Part shown: in pieces, positions 36,325 to 45,300 of the stretch | How the letters are laid out: each line of letters opens with the position of its first letter | Position numbering within the stretch: the stretch's first letter is position 1 | Assembly (NCBI GenBank): GCA_049314455.1 | Contig: JBMOFC010000007.1 | Coordinates: forward strand, 631-64,630 | Source: Chthoniobacterales bacterium | GTDB lineage: Bacteria > Verrucomicrobiota > Verrucomicrobiia > Chthoniobacterales > UBA6821 | Length of the DNA: 64,000 nt | Reading direction: 5' to 3' | Notes under the pieces: generated by a model | Databases searched by the model: none | What the model saw: the letters and a program-made list of their open reading frames with translations, nothing else | Told to the model about the DNA's origin: nothing | Program-made: the position numbers and the translations under genes

Positions 36325-37074
36325 ATGTCAAAAATTCTTTTTTACCTTTCTTTGACTCTGATCGTGGGAACCGCGGTATTAGGCTTTTTGAATAACCGTC
36401 GTTTGAATGGTATCATCGCGAACAAAGAAGCGACTATCCAACAGCAAAACGACACCGCCACAAACTTAGAAAAAGAACTCAAAGAACTTCAAGAGAGCGC
36501 TGCCTCACAAACGGCTGTTCAAGCGCAAAATAAAAAAGAAGTGAATGATGCTCAAGAAGCTCAGGCCAAAGCCTCCCATGATCTGACACAAGTTCAACAA
36601 CAATTAACAGATACAGAGGCCGAATTGACACAGGCAAAAAATGACCTTTCTGTTAAAGCCGCACGTATTCAAGAGCTAGAAGCAGCAGTTCAATTCCTCT
36701 CTCAACCCAAAGAAACATCCAAATCCAAAAATCTTTCTAACAAAGAAAAAGGAACCCATGCAGAGCTTAAAAAAGAAACTGTTAAAAACGATGTTCTCTC
36801 CAAAGAGGTAGGAGCTAGTTTTCAAGAAGGAAAAGTCGTGGCTATCAATACCACTTGGAATTTCGTAGTGATCAATCTTGGAAGCCAAGAGGGAATGGTT
36901 GCTGGGACAGAGATTTCTATCAAACGTAGCAATCAGCTGATTGCTAAGGCAAAAGTCACCTCAGTAGAGGCCTCAACTTCTGTGGCTGACCTGGTGATGA
37001 GCAGCCTTGCTGAAGGAACAACAGTACAAGTGGGTGATCAGGTTTTGGTCTCAGAAAAAGAGATTGGAAAATAG
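36325..37074 (+). CDS. Membrane-anchored coiled-coil protein of unknown function
   Basis: 249 aa with an N-terminal TM (ILFYLSLTLIVGTAVLGFL), a long Q/E/K-rich helical region and a beta-rich C-terminal ~80 aa. Confidence 0.5.
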   Translation: MSKILFYLSLTLIVGTAVLGFLNNRRLNGIIANKEATIQQQNDTATNLEKELKELQESAASQTAVQAQNKKEVNDAQEAQAKASHDLTQVQQQLTDTEAELTQAKNDLSVKAARIQELEAAVQFLSQPKETSKSKNLSNKEKGTHAELKKETVKNDVLSKEVGASFQEGKVVAINTTWNFVVINLGSQEGMVAGTEISIKRSNQLIAKAKVTSVEASTSVADLVMSSLAEGTTVQVGDQVLVSEKEIGK

Positions 37075-37135
37075 AGTAACTACCAACGTCATTTCATTTC
37101 TTCGAAATCAAATAACATTGGTAGTGTTGAGGAGC

Positions 37136-37306
37136 TAAACCTAAAAACGTGAATGGGAACAGAAAATCTGACGCAATATACGTGGTCTCAACTTGCTTTT
37201 TCAAATCGCTTACGCACCATCCAGGTCCGCTGCACGCTTTTAAAAACCAACCTTAGACCAAGTCCTTACCCCATATTTCCCATTTCGATTCACGTTTTTA
37301 GGTTAA
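37136..37306. repeat. Inverted repeat (~24-30-nt arms, ~118-nt spacer), MITE-like
   Basis: TAAACCTAAAAACGTGAATGGGAA (37136-37159) pairs with TTCCCATTTCGATTCACGTTTTTAGGTTAA (37278-37306). The ATTCACGTTTTAGG string recurs at ~46005-46020. Confidence 0.7.
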
Positions 37307-37480
37307 AAGGTTGAAGCGTTGAAAGGAAATATCACTCCTCGTTAACCATTCAGCCGACAAGTGACAGTAAAAAAATACCGATTCTTAAATTTGCGACACC
37401 ATCTTAGAATGCGCCTTATTTCAACCCTTCAACCCTTCAACCCTTCAACACTGCTAACGGTACGTTGGCAGTTATCAATA

Positions 37481-37645
37481 ATGTTTCTTTTTCTTATTGC
37501 GGCTACTTTAACGAGTTGTGAATCGCTTGAAAACGGTTCTCATGATAATTCTTCTGTTTCCGCAAGTGCTATCCCTTGGAACAAGCCAGCTTCCTGGGAA
37601 GGAGCCGGAGCACTAGGTGGCATGGGATTTCAGGGGACGCACTAA
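37481..37645 (+). CDS. Small putative lipoprotein
   Basis: MFLFLIAATLTSC lipobox. Start is placed at ATG 37481 because the upstream part of the 94-aa ORF reads through CAACCCTT repeats. Confidence 0.35.
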   Translation: MFLFLIAATLTSCESLENGSHDNSSVSASAIPWNKPASWEGAGALGGMGFQGTH

Positions 37646-37787
37646 GTAGCCTGGATGCTAGAATTCCAACATGTTCTTTTTTAGGAGAAAATAAGTTTGA
37701 AATTTCTTTGCCGTCAACAATTGCGAGTGAAAGGTAATAATGGATCTTCAGGTAAATGGTAGTGTGAAATTTTCTCTAGCCTTTTTT

Positions 37788-38330
37788 ATGCGCCTCCTCT
37801 CGATCGATCCTTCCCTACGTGGCACTGGGTTTGCAATTTTAGAAGAGCATGATACCAAAATTCGATGTTTGGAATATGGAGTCATTAAAAATCCTCCGAA
37901 GTGGAGTGTGGCGACGTGTCTCTTGTCTATTCATGATCAATTGCTCACTGTGGTTAACGAGCATCAGCCAGAGGTAGTCGTTTTAGAAAGTGTCATCTAT
38001 GTTCAAAGTTATGCCACAGCTATTGTCCTAGGAGCTGCTCGGGGAGTAGTTTTGCTGCTTGCAGCACAAAAAGGGTTACCGATTCATGAATATCCTCCGA
38101 AGCGTGTGAAGCAGGCTGTGGTGGGGCATGGAGGAGCAGTGAAAAATCAAGTCGCTTTTATGGTGCGAGCACTTTTGGGGTTAACAGAAACTCCTTCCAG
38201 TGATGCTGCTGATGCCATGGCCATTGGACTCACCCACCTACGTGCCGCTTCAACGCCTTTACCCAAAAAAAGAAAATCAAATACGGCCTCTTGGAAAAAA
38301 TTTGTGGAAGGAAATAGGGGGCAGAAATAG
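37788..38330 (+). CDS. ruvC: Holliday junction resolvase RuvC
   Basis: MRLLSIDPSLRGTGFAILEE... and DAADAMAIGLTH catalytic motifs. Start is placed at ATG 37788. Confidence 0.88.
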   Translation: MRLLSIDPSLRGTGFAILEEHDTKIRCLEYGVIKNPPKWSVATCLLSIHDQLLTVVNEHQPEVVVLESVIYVQSYATAIVLGAARGVVLLLAAQKGLPIHEYPPKRVKQAVVGHGGAVKNQVAFMVRALLGLTETPSSDAADAMAIGLTHLRAASTPLPKKRKSNTASWKKFVEGNRGQK

Positions 38331-38428
38331 GGGTCAGGCTAAGAATATTGACAGAAGTACAGTAATAAAAAAAATCGAACCTAAAAATGAAATCTTTTGT
38401 CAATGTTCTTAGCCTGACCCCTATTTCT
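38323..38428 (+). promoter_or_regulatory. 31-bp near-perfect stem bracketing the ruvC-lipB junction and enclosing the lipB start codon
   Basis: AGAAATAGGGGTCAGGCTAAGAATATTGACA (38323-38353) pairs with TGTCAATGTTCTTAGCCTGACCCCTATTTCT (38398-38428), 30 of 31 complementary. The single difference is a G-U pair in plus-strand RNA. The 44-nt loop contains ATG 38387. Confidence 0.75.
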
Positions 38429-39073
38429 AGTTATGAATCCTCTTGGCTCGGACGTATGGATTATGAAGATGGACTGCGTCTTCAAGAAAAACTAGTAGCT
38501 CAAAAAATCGCAGGTGATTCTAAAAACTATCTGCTGTTTTTGGAGCATGAGTCTGTTTACACCATGGGACGCAGGAAGGATGATTCGAGTCTTGGCAAAA
38601 TAGCATTGCCTCATCCCGTCCATCGTATCGGTCGTGGTGGGGAGGCAACCTATCATGGGCCTGGGCAGTTAGTCTGTTATCCGATTCTTGACCTCTCCCT
38701 GTTTCAACGAGATTTGCATGCTTACCTTCGCTTTTTAGAAGAGTTGCTTATTCAAACGTTAGCGCACTATAACATCGTGGCAGTGCGTCGCGAAGGACTG
38801 ACCGGAGTTTGGGTTCAAGATCGCAAGATCGCTTCCCTAGGTATTGGCGTTCGCAAATGGATCTCCTTTCATGGACTCGCCCTCAATGTCTCAGGGGACC
38901 TTTCTCCTTTTCAAAAAATCACTCCGTGTGGTATCAACGGAGTCACTATAACCTCACTGGAACAAGAAGCACAACGAGGCGATTTTGATTTTATTCCACC
39001 ATCACTCAAGGAAGTCGCAGACCAGCTAGCAGATATTTTTATAAGAATGATTTTCAACATCTCTATTTCATGA
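38387..39073 (+). CDS. lipB: Octanoyltransferase LipB
   Basis: RIGRGGEATYHGPGQLVCYPIL and KIASLGIGVRKWISFHG motifs. Codons 5-14 are encoded by the right arm of the junction stem. Confidence 0.88.
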   Translation: MKSFVNVLSLTPISSYESSWLGRMDYEDGLRLQEKLVAQKIAGDSKNYLLFLEHESVYTMGRRKDDSSLGKIALPHPVHRIGRGGEATYHGPGQLVCYPILDLSLFQRDLHAYLRFLEELLIQTLAHYNIVAVRREGLTGVWVQDRKIASLGIGVRKWISFHGLALNVSGDLSPFQKITPCGINGVTITSLEQEAQRGDFDFIPPSLKEVADQLADIFIRMIFNISIS

Positions 39074-39119
39074 TGGAGGAGTAGTTTGACTACATATCCT
39101 TGAGTCCATTTTTTCAGCC

Positions 39120-40700
39120 ATGTCATTTTCAATATCAGGACAGACACATCACTCCGAGTGGAGCTATCCAGAGAACGAAAAAATTCCTCAAGCCTCAACA
39201 ACTCCAAACCCAGAGGATCCCTTTTATCCAATTCTTAACTTGAGGCAGAGCGAGCTCAATAGGCTTCTTCCCTCTATTAGAGTCCGCGAGGAGAGTGGTG
39301 TTGAATCTTCTATAAAATCTATTGTTGAGCAGAGAAATTCTCCAGCGGGAGTCTCTGAAATAAAAGACCATCTTGCTACCTATGCAACGCCTTCTAAAGA
39401 GCACGTAGGAACGGGGGGGCTAAAAAAATTTTTAAGTCCTCGTGAAATTTTAAAAAAAGATATCGAAGCGAGTAAGACAGACGGGGAGGTTAAGGGTCTT
39501 TTAGCAGAGGAGGGGGGATCACTAAAACTCAATCTGAAAGGAAATATTAGCCAAGTAGATGCTGCCGGCACAATCACATCAGAATGTCGTGAATGCCTAG
39601 ATGCTTTTGGAATTGAGGTGAAAGGAAAAATAGGAGAGGGGGCATTTGGCGTTGTTCTAGATGCTTCTATTGAGGGAGATAATGGAGAATATGTCGTCAA
39701 ACTAGAAAAAGAAATAATCATGAAACCTCTTGTTGAAGCAGAAGGTTTGTCTTTCCATGAGCGAGGGGACATAGCGGCGAGTTGTGTCAAGAAACTCACC
39801 AATGTCACCAAACCAATCTTTGTGATTGTGGCACTTCAAAAAGAAGAAAATAGTGAAATAGAATACCACTATCTTTCAGTGATGGAGGCAGAATCATTTT
39901 CTAAAGAATTTGCATGTCGTTATCCAAAAGCAAAAATAGGTATCGTTGCTCAACTCATGGAGCGTGTTGCTGGCGTCGAATTAAATGATGCCATTTGGGG
40001 CTCCAGTAGTGTAAGAGCAATAAATTTCAAGCCTTCAGGAATGCATTTTAAGAATGTGATGAATTCACTTTTTGTGCACTTGGAACGTGCTATTCTTAGC
40101 AACTATGTGCATCGCGATATAAAACCTGAAAATATCATTTACAATCCAAAAACTGGAAGGGTGCAACTTATTGATGGAGGGCTAGCAGCTTTTGGACGCA
40201 GTAAACTTCAATTGAAAGAGTACCAAGGGACTGCTCTTTATATGTCACCCCGCGTCTCGGTTGCAGAAAAGAATGATAAGACATATGGCCCAGAAGTTGA
40301 TGCTTACAGCATCGCCATAACCTTGTTGCATATGATTGACCCCATTTCTTTTCATTCAATCCGTGATAGTATAACGCGTACAAATGACAATTTTACTAGT
40401 GCTTTAATTACTCATATTAATGATGAAGATATAGAATCAAAGTACGTTGAGGCCTACGTGAAGGCTGCTGGAATTTATGCAGATCTTCCTGGAGTTCGTA
40501 ATTCTAAAATTTTTCAAGAACTCAATAAGCCAGAAAATATCTTCATTCGAAAATTAATCAGCTTATGCTTTCAAGTCTCTGCAGGAGGAGAGCGAGGTGA
40601 AACAGCTTTTCAAGAATGGCAAACGGCTTTTCACTCGTGGCAATCAGAGAATGGTTTTTCTAAGGAAATAAAACTTCTTTCTGAGTTGGATTCAGAATGA
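39120..40700 (+). CDS. Eukaryotic-like Ser/Thr protein kinase with ~170-aa non-kinase N-terminal region
   Basis: Gly-loop GEGAFGVV, Lys in YVVKLEK, catalytic loop HRDIKPENIIYN, LIDGGLAAFG (DFG-equivalent DGG) and GTALYMSPRV (APE-equivalent). No TM segment. Confidence 0.8.
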   Translation: MSFSISGQTHHSEWSYPENEKIPQASTTPNPEDPFYPILNLRQSELNRLLPSIRVREESGVESSIKSIVEQRNSPAGVSEIKDHLATYATPSKEHVGTGGLKKFLSPREILKKDIEASKTDGEVKGLLAEEGGSLKLNLKGNISQVDAAGTITSECRECLDAFGIEVKGKIGEGAFGVVLDASIEGDNGEYVVKLEKEIIMKPLVEAEGLSFHERGDIAASCVKKLTNVTKPIFVIVALQKEENSEIEYHYLSVMEAESFSKEFACRYPKAKIGIVAQLMERVAGVELNDAIWGSSSVRAINFKPSGMHFKNVMNSLFVHLERAILSNYVHRDIKPENIIYNPKTGRVQLIDGGLAAFGRSKLQLKEYQGTALYMSPRVSVAEKNDKTYGPEVDAYSIAITLLHMIDPISFHSIRDSITRTNDNFTSALITHINDEDIESKYVEAYVKAAGIYADLPGVRNSKIFQELNKPENIFIRKLISLCFQVSAGGERGETAFQEWQTAFHSWQSENGFSKEIKLLSELDSE

Positions 40701-41263
40701 ATCACAATATTCAAAAAAATAAAATCATGAATAACCTCTCCACAACCGCTTATTTTCAGCTTCTCACAGCTTTTTTAAAAGCCATTGGCCAATCAGAAGC
40801 CATCGACTCGATCAACAAAGAAGAGGGAATCGTAGAGTGGGAAGTGGGTAACCTTCTGGTGCGCCTCATTCCTCATCGCCTGAGTGAGGAAGAAAATACG
40901 GGGGGGCTTCTAGAACCTGATGCGATCATTATCGAAGCAGATCTGATGCTCCTTGATTTAGAAAATCGACAGGTCAACCATGATCGTTTTCTTATCCTCC
41001 ATCAGCTTAATGCGGTGAGCCGCCTCACCACTGGGATCGTGGCTTTTATTACCGATGCTGGAATGCTCTCCATTAATAAAATTATTCCTCTAGAAAAATT
41101 AGATCAGGAAGGATTAGCTAATCAAATGGCCAAAGTCATCAAAGCAGCTGAAGAACTCTATGCAGGGTGGAATGAACTAGGTAATGCTTTCGATCCTAGA
41201 AATGCTTTTTTACAGAAAGAGGAAAAGTTTCAAGCAGAACCTACACTTGATCAGAAGGTGTAA
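40697..41263 (+). CDS. Secretion-chaperone-like protein (CesT/SycE/YbjN-type pattern), translationally coupled to the kinase
   Basis: ATGA overlap with the kinase stop. At 188 aa and acidic, its pattern FQLLTAFLKAIGQ...VEWEVGNLLVRLIP...IIIEADLMLLDL...FLILHQLNAV...GIVAFITDAGMLSINKIIPLEKL...AEELYAGW resembles class I type III secretion chaperones and YbjN-family proteins. This is pattern recognition only. Confidence 0.4.
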   Translation: MNHNIQKNKIMNNLSTTAYFQLLTAFLKAIGQSEAIDSINKEEGIVEWEVGNLLVRLIPHRLSEEENTGGLLEPDAIIIEADLMLLDLENRQVNHDRFLILHQLNAVSRLTTGIVAFITDAGMLSINKIIPLEKLDQEGLANQMAKVIKAAEELYAGWNELGNAFDPRNAFLQKEEKFQAEPTLDQKV

Positions 41264-41283
41264 GCACCCGTTTTGAACGTGTG

Positions 41284-41321
41284 CAGTTGAAGTTGAAAGT
41301 TGAAGTTAAAGCAGCAAAGAG
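41284..41321 (+). repeat. Purine-rich GTTGAAG-type post-stop motif (after the chaperone-like gene)
   Basis: CAGTTGAAGTTGAAAGTTGAAGTTAAAGCAGCAAAGAG, 20 nt after the stop at 41263. Confidence 0.7.
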
Positions 41322-41425
41322 ACGTATCTTTTTAAGTAATAGTGTTAGGAAAACCACTCTTTTTTGCGTTTCTTTTGAGGCGCCTTTTTATTTTTTCGGT
41401 CTTGTAAACGGGTGTAGGCTTAGGA

Positions 41426-42289
41426 TCATTCCTGCGCAAAAAAAGGATTCTTCGCGCGCTCCTCTTCAACTGTGGTGAGAGGGCCATGGCCTGGGGCTAA
41501 GAGTGTTGAGGGTGGAAGCATGAGAATGTTGGTGCAGATATTTTTCAAACCATTCATATATTCAGTGGGTGGTATTCCTCCTACCGAACGTGCAAAGAGA
41601 GCATCGCCCACAACAGCCACAGGCCGTGAAAGTCCACGAATCAGGTAGGTTGTTCCTCCCGGAGAGTGACCAGGAGTGGGGCGTGTTTCAATGCTGATGG
41701 AGTTATCGAGTTGGTAGGAAAAATGAAGTGGGAGCGCTTGAGCCTCTTCGAGGAGTTCCGCTGGATCGATCCAGGCAGTTGCCTCTGTTTTCTGGAGTAG
41801 CTCAGAGAGTTTTGCGATATGGTCGGCATGAGCATGCGTTAAAAAAATCGTATCGAGTCTTAGCTCGTGGTGATGAAGTGTTGCGAGGAGCTCTGAAATA
41901 TCTGCTCCCGTATCAAAGGCGACGGCTTTTTTATTCTGATCACTCCAAAGAAGGTAAGAATGAACCTCCATGTCATGATAGAGCGTTGTGAAGCATCGAA
42001 AATTATTGGGTGCTTCAGGAAAAAAGGAATCGGAAGTTCCTCTAGCGACCATGACCAACTCGCGTGGATGCAGTCCAAGGAGAGGAGCGATTGCCACAAG
42101 CGTCGCATCATGACAATGACCTTGCAGGAGGGAGGCGATTTTTTCTTCAGGTAAGCCGCTCAAGTGTGCCAGCGTTGCCACGTCGAGGCACAATCCTTTC
42201 ATTGCTTTGAGGATGATGTCGTGCCAGGTGTCTTCAAAGGGGTAGGAATAGGCTGGAGGCTGGAGGCTAGAGGCTAGAGGAAATTTCAT
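41426..42289 (-). CDS. Metallo-beta-lactamase-fold hydrolase (glyoxalase II-like)
   Basis: IFLTHAHADHI (HxHxDH) and downstream His/Asp ligands (TPGHSPGG, VGDALF, APGHG). Codons 3-14 (FPLASSLQPPAY) are encoded by a GGCTGGAGG-type repeat arm. Confidence 0.75.
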   Translation of the reverse strand: MKFPLASSLQPPAYSYPFEDTWHDIILKAMKGLCLDVATLAHLSGLPEEKIASLLQGHCHDATLVAIAPLLGLHPRELVMVARGTSDSFFPEAPNNFRCFTTLYHDMEVHSYLLWSDQNKKAVAFDTGADISELLATLHHHELRLDTIFLTHAHADHIAKLSELLQKTEATAWIDPAELLEEAQALPLHFSYQLDNSISIETRPTPGHSPGGTTYLIRGLSRPVAVVGDALFARSVGGIPPTEYMNGLKNICTNILMLPPSTLLAPGHGPLTTVEEERAKNPFFAQE

Positions 42290-42350
42290 AACAACGTTAG
42301 TTGTATCTGTTCATAGGAACCATTCAATCCTCCGGCCTATCTACCTCTCA
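42245..42350 (-). repeat. Junction inverted repeat ABC transporter -> MBL hydrolase (GGCTGGAGG-type arms)
   Basis: Plus strand GGAATAGGCTGGAGGCTGGAGGCTAGAGGCTAGAGG (42245-42280) pairs with CAATCCTCCGGCCTATCTACCTCTCA (42325-42350). The second arm overlaps the transporter stop and the first overlaps the hydrolase 5' codons. Confidence 0.7.
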
Positions 42351-45300
42351 ATGCGTCCCCACTTTTATTTGTCGTTTTAGAATAAAATAGAGGGCAAAAA
42401 AAGCACTCAGTGTCGAAATCAAGATAACACCTACATTGAAGGTCAAGATATCAATGGTTAAGCCGAGGTAATATTTAATGGGACCAAAAAACACGTTGGG
42501 ATGACGATGATCGCGATAGTCGGCTTGTTCCATTTCCGCTTTGGAAACAAGATCGACCATTTTTTGATTGGTGTAGAGCTGTTCAATATTGACTCCTGTA
42601 TGGCGACTTACCAGGTTTTTGCGACTGAAGGGAGCTCCTTGAATGACTTTGTCAATCAAGGAGAGACGATAATCGACTTCGGCCGCTGTTTTTCCGGTCA
42701 AGCCACTGAGGATGGCGAGTAGTTCTTTTAAATCATCTAAGCGATCTAATTGCGCGTCCGTTGGATTCTTAATAGCAGCAATTTGATTAATTTGATTTTG
42801 AATTCTAGATTGACGTACGCTCAAAGGATTGAGCTTAGCTTGTGCGTAGATTAAGGCTTCGTAAGACCAACGCATCGGCATGAATTCGCAAATGAAGGGA
42901 ACTTGCAAGTCGCTATGAGGTTCTATCGCAGAATCAGGATGGTGATTAAACCATTGTTGAATGGAATAAATAAAATCAAGATTTCGGTTCATTTCTTCGT
43001 ACTTAATCAAGGCACCACCCAGAATAATCTGTGGGATCAACACAATAGGAATGATATTGACGGCAGTTTTTCCTTCGGATGCTAGTGAGGAGATGAGGAG
43101 GCCAAGCGAAATACCGCTGAAGGCTGTTAAAAACATAGCGATGAATTCGATGTTAAAAAAACCACGAATGCCCAACATCTCATTTCCAATGAGTGTAAAC
43201 AAAGCACATTGCGCAATCGCAAAAATCCCTAACGTGCTCGCCTTGGCAAAAACGTAATAACCGAGTCTCACATTGAGGTTGCGCTCGCGTAAGAGGACGG
43301 GACGATCATGAATGATGTCATCCACGCTATTAGTCAGCCCTAGAAACATTGCAACGACTAAGGAGAGAAAAAAATAAGTCGGAATATGAAATGCAGAGGC
43401 AAAATCATAGCTGTTTCCTTCTGAATAACGTAAGACGGCTCCAATGAGAAAAGCGAGCAAGGGAGCTTCTACTAAGGTCGTAAGAAGATTTGCGCGATTG
43501 CGCAATTTGCTGATAAAAGAACGCTGTAAGAGGATGAGAAATTGAGAAACTTCATCACGCCAGCGCTGAGGCTCCCATTGAGGCATCATTAAAGGAGCGG
43601 AGTTGGCATCTAAGGTTCTAGAAAGCGGTTTGGAGGCTCCCAAAGAGTGCTGTACCTCCTTCATGAGTCGATGGGTTTCAAATTTATCTCTCCAATAATC
43701 AGGTGAAAAACGACGCGCGGGGACTAATTGTCCGCGATTATTTTCTTGGTAAATAAGATCACCGCTCAAATCACGTAAGGGTGTTTCTAAAACATCAAAA
43801 ACAAATTCCGGCCGTGTCGAACCACATGCCTTGCAACCTCCCAATTCCGTTCCAAAAAGCTGCTCATGTTCCGCTTCAGCAAAGTAAGAAAGCATTTCAA
43901 CAGGCGTTCCGAAAAAAACTAATTTTCCTCCGCGATCTAGGAGTAAAGCTTTTTGAAACATTTGAAAAAGTTTGGAAGTTGGTTGGTGGATGGTGACCAA
44001 CACAATTTTGTTGTGTGCAATTCCGCGGATAATTTCCATGACATGTTCTGAATCTTTAGAGGAAAGTCCTGATGTAGGCTCATCAAAGAGATAGACATCG
44101 GCAGTACTGATCATATCGAGTCCGATGTTGAGGCGTTTACGTTCTCCACCGCTCAAAATTTTTTGATGCGTGTCACCGACAACATTTTTGCGACGCTCAT
44201 TGAGCCCCAATTCTGCTAATTTACTATCGATACGACGGGCGCGTTCTCGTCGTGATAAGTGAGGAGCGCGCAAGGCTGCTGCAAAAGAAAGATTTTCTTC
44301 AATCGTGAGCTGCTCATCGAAAGCCTCATACTGAGGAATGTAGGTGATGTATTGACGCAGCATTTCGTATTGAGCGTAAAGAGAATGATCATTGAGGCGC
44401 ACTTCTCCTTGGGCGGGTTGAAAATCACCAGCTACTGCTCGCAGGAGGGTGCTCTTACCAGAGCCGCTGGCCCCCATGACACAAATCATTTCTCCGCGTT
44501 CTACCGCAAAGTTCAAATTGTCCAAGGCGATATCACCATTGGGAAAACGACACAGGACGTCTTTGATTTCTAGGCGATGAATGATATTGCGTTCTTCTTC
44601 GATAATCCGATCGGTAAAGTTACAGCGCAAGACTTGACCTGGATTAATGCCAATCGTATCGCCATCAACCAGTGGTGCTCCATTTCGCACAGGAAGATCA
44701 TGCACAATAATCGGACGATCTGCTTGAAGCACTTGGATATAACCAGTTCGCTCAGGATAGTTGCAGGAAATTTTAAGAAGAACTTCTCCTCCACTTCCAT
44801 GGGAGAGGAGAATATCATTTTCTTCTAGTAGTCCTGGATTATTAGAAACAAGGTACTCTGACTTGGAAGCTCTGAGTGGAAAGCGCCCTCCAAACGATCG
44901 GACATGTCTCTTGAGATCATTGAAATTGAGCTCTCCCCCATTGGTGAAAAGAATACGATCGTCTAGTTGGGCTTGAAGATGCACTCCTTTTTTCAGTGGA
45001 ATACCACCTAAGGTGGCTTCCAAATTTTGAAGTGCCGTCACTTGCACCTTCAGGCCAAAGGAGACTTCTAGGCTGCTATCACGATTTCGAGCTTTATCAA
45101 GTCGCACCTCTTTTTTACTAATAGCGACAAAGAGGTGAGGGAGAGAGACGTTTTTTTTGGCATTAAAATAAAAAACAAGATCTTGGCTTGTAATCACTTG
45201 CTCTCCGACCAAAATACGTTGTCCAGGATAGATGCGACAAAATTCCTGAGGTTTGAGAAGACGTCCTTGAACGATAATGGCGCGTTCGGTTTTATTTTTG

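Noticed and set aside
40697-41263. Calling the 188-aa protein a definite type III secretion chaperone, and the locus a T3SS island
   Set aside because: No apparatus genes are in the window, and the YbjN family shares the same fold pattern in bacteria without a T3SS. I kept it only as a hypothesis.
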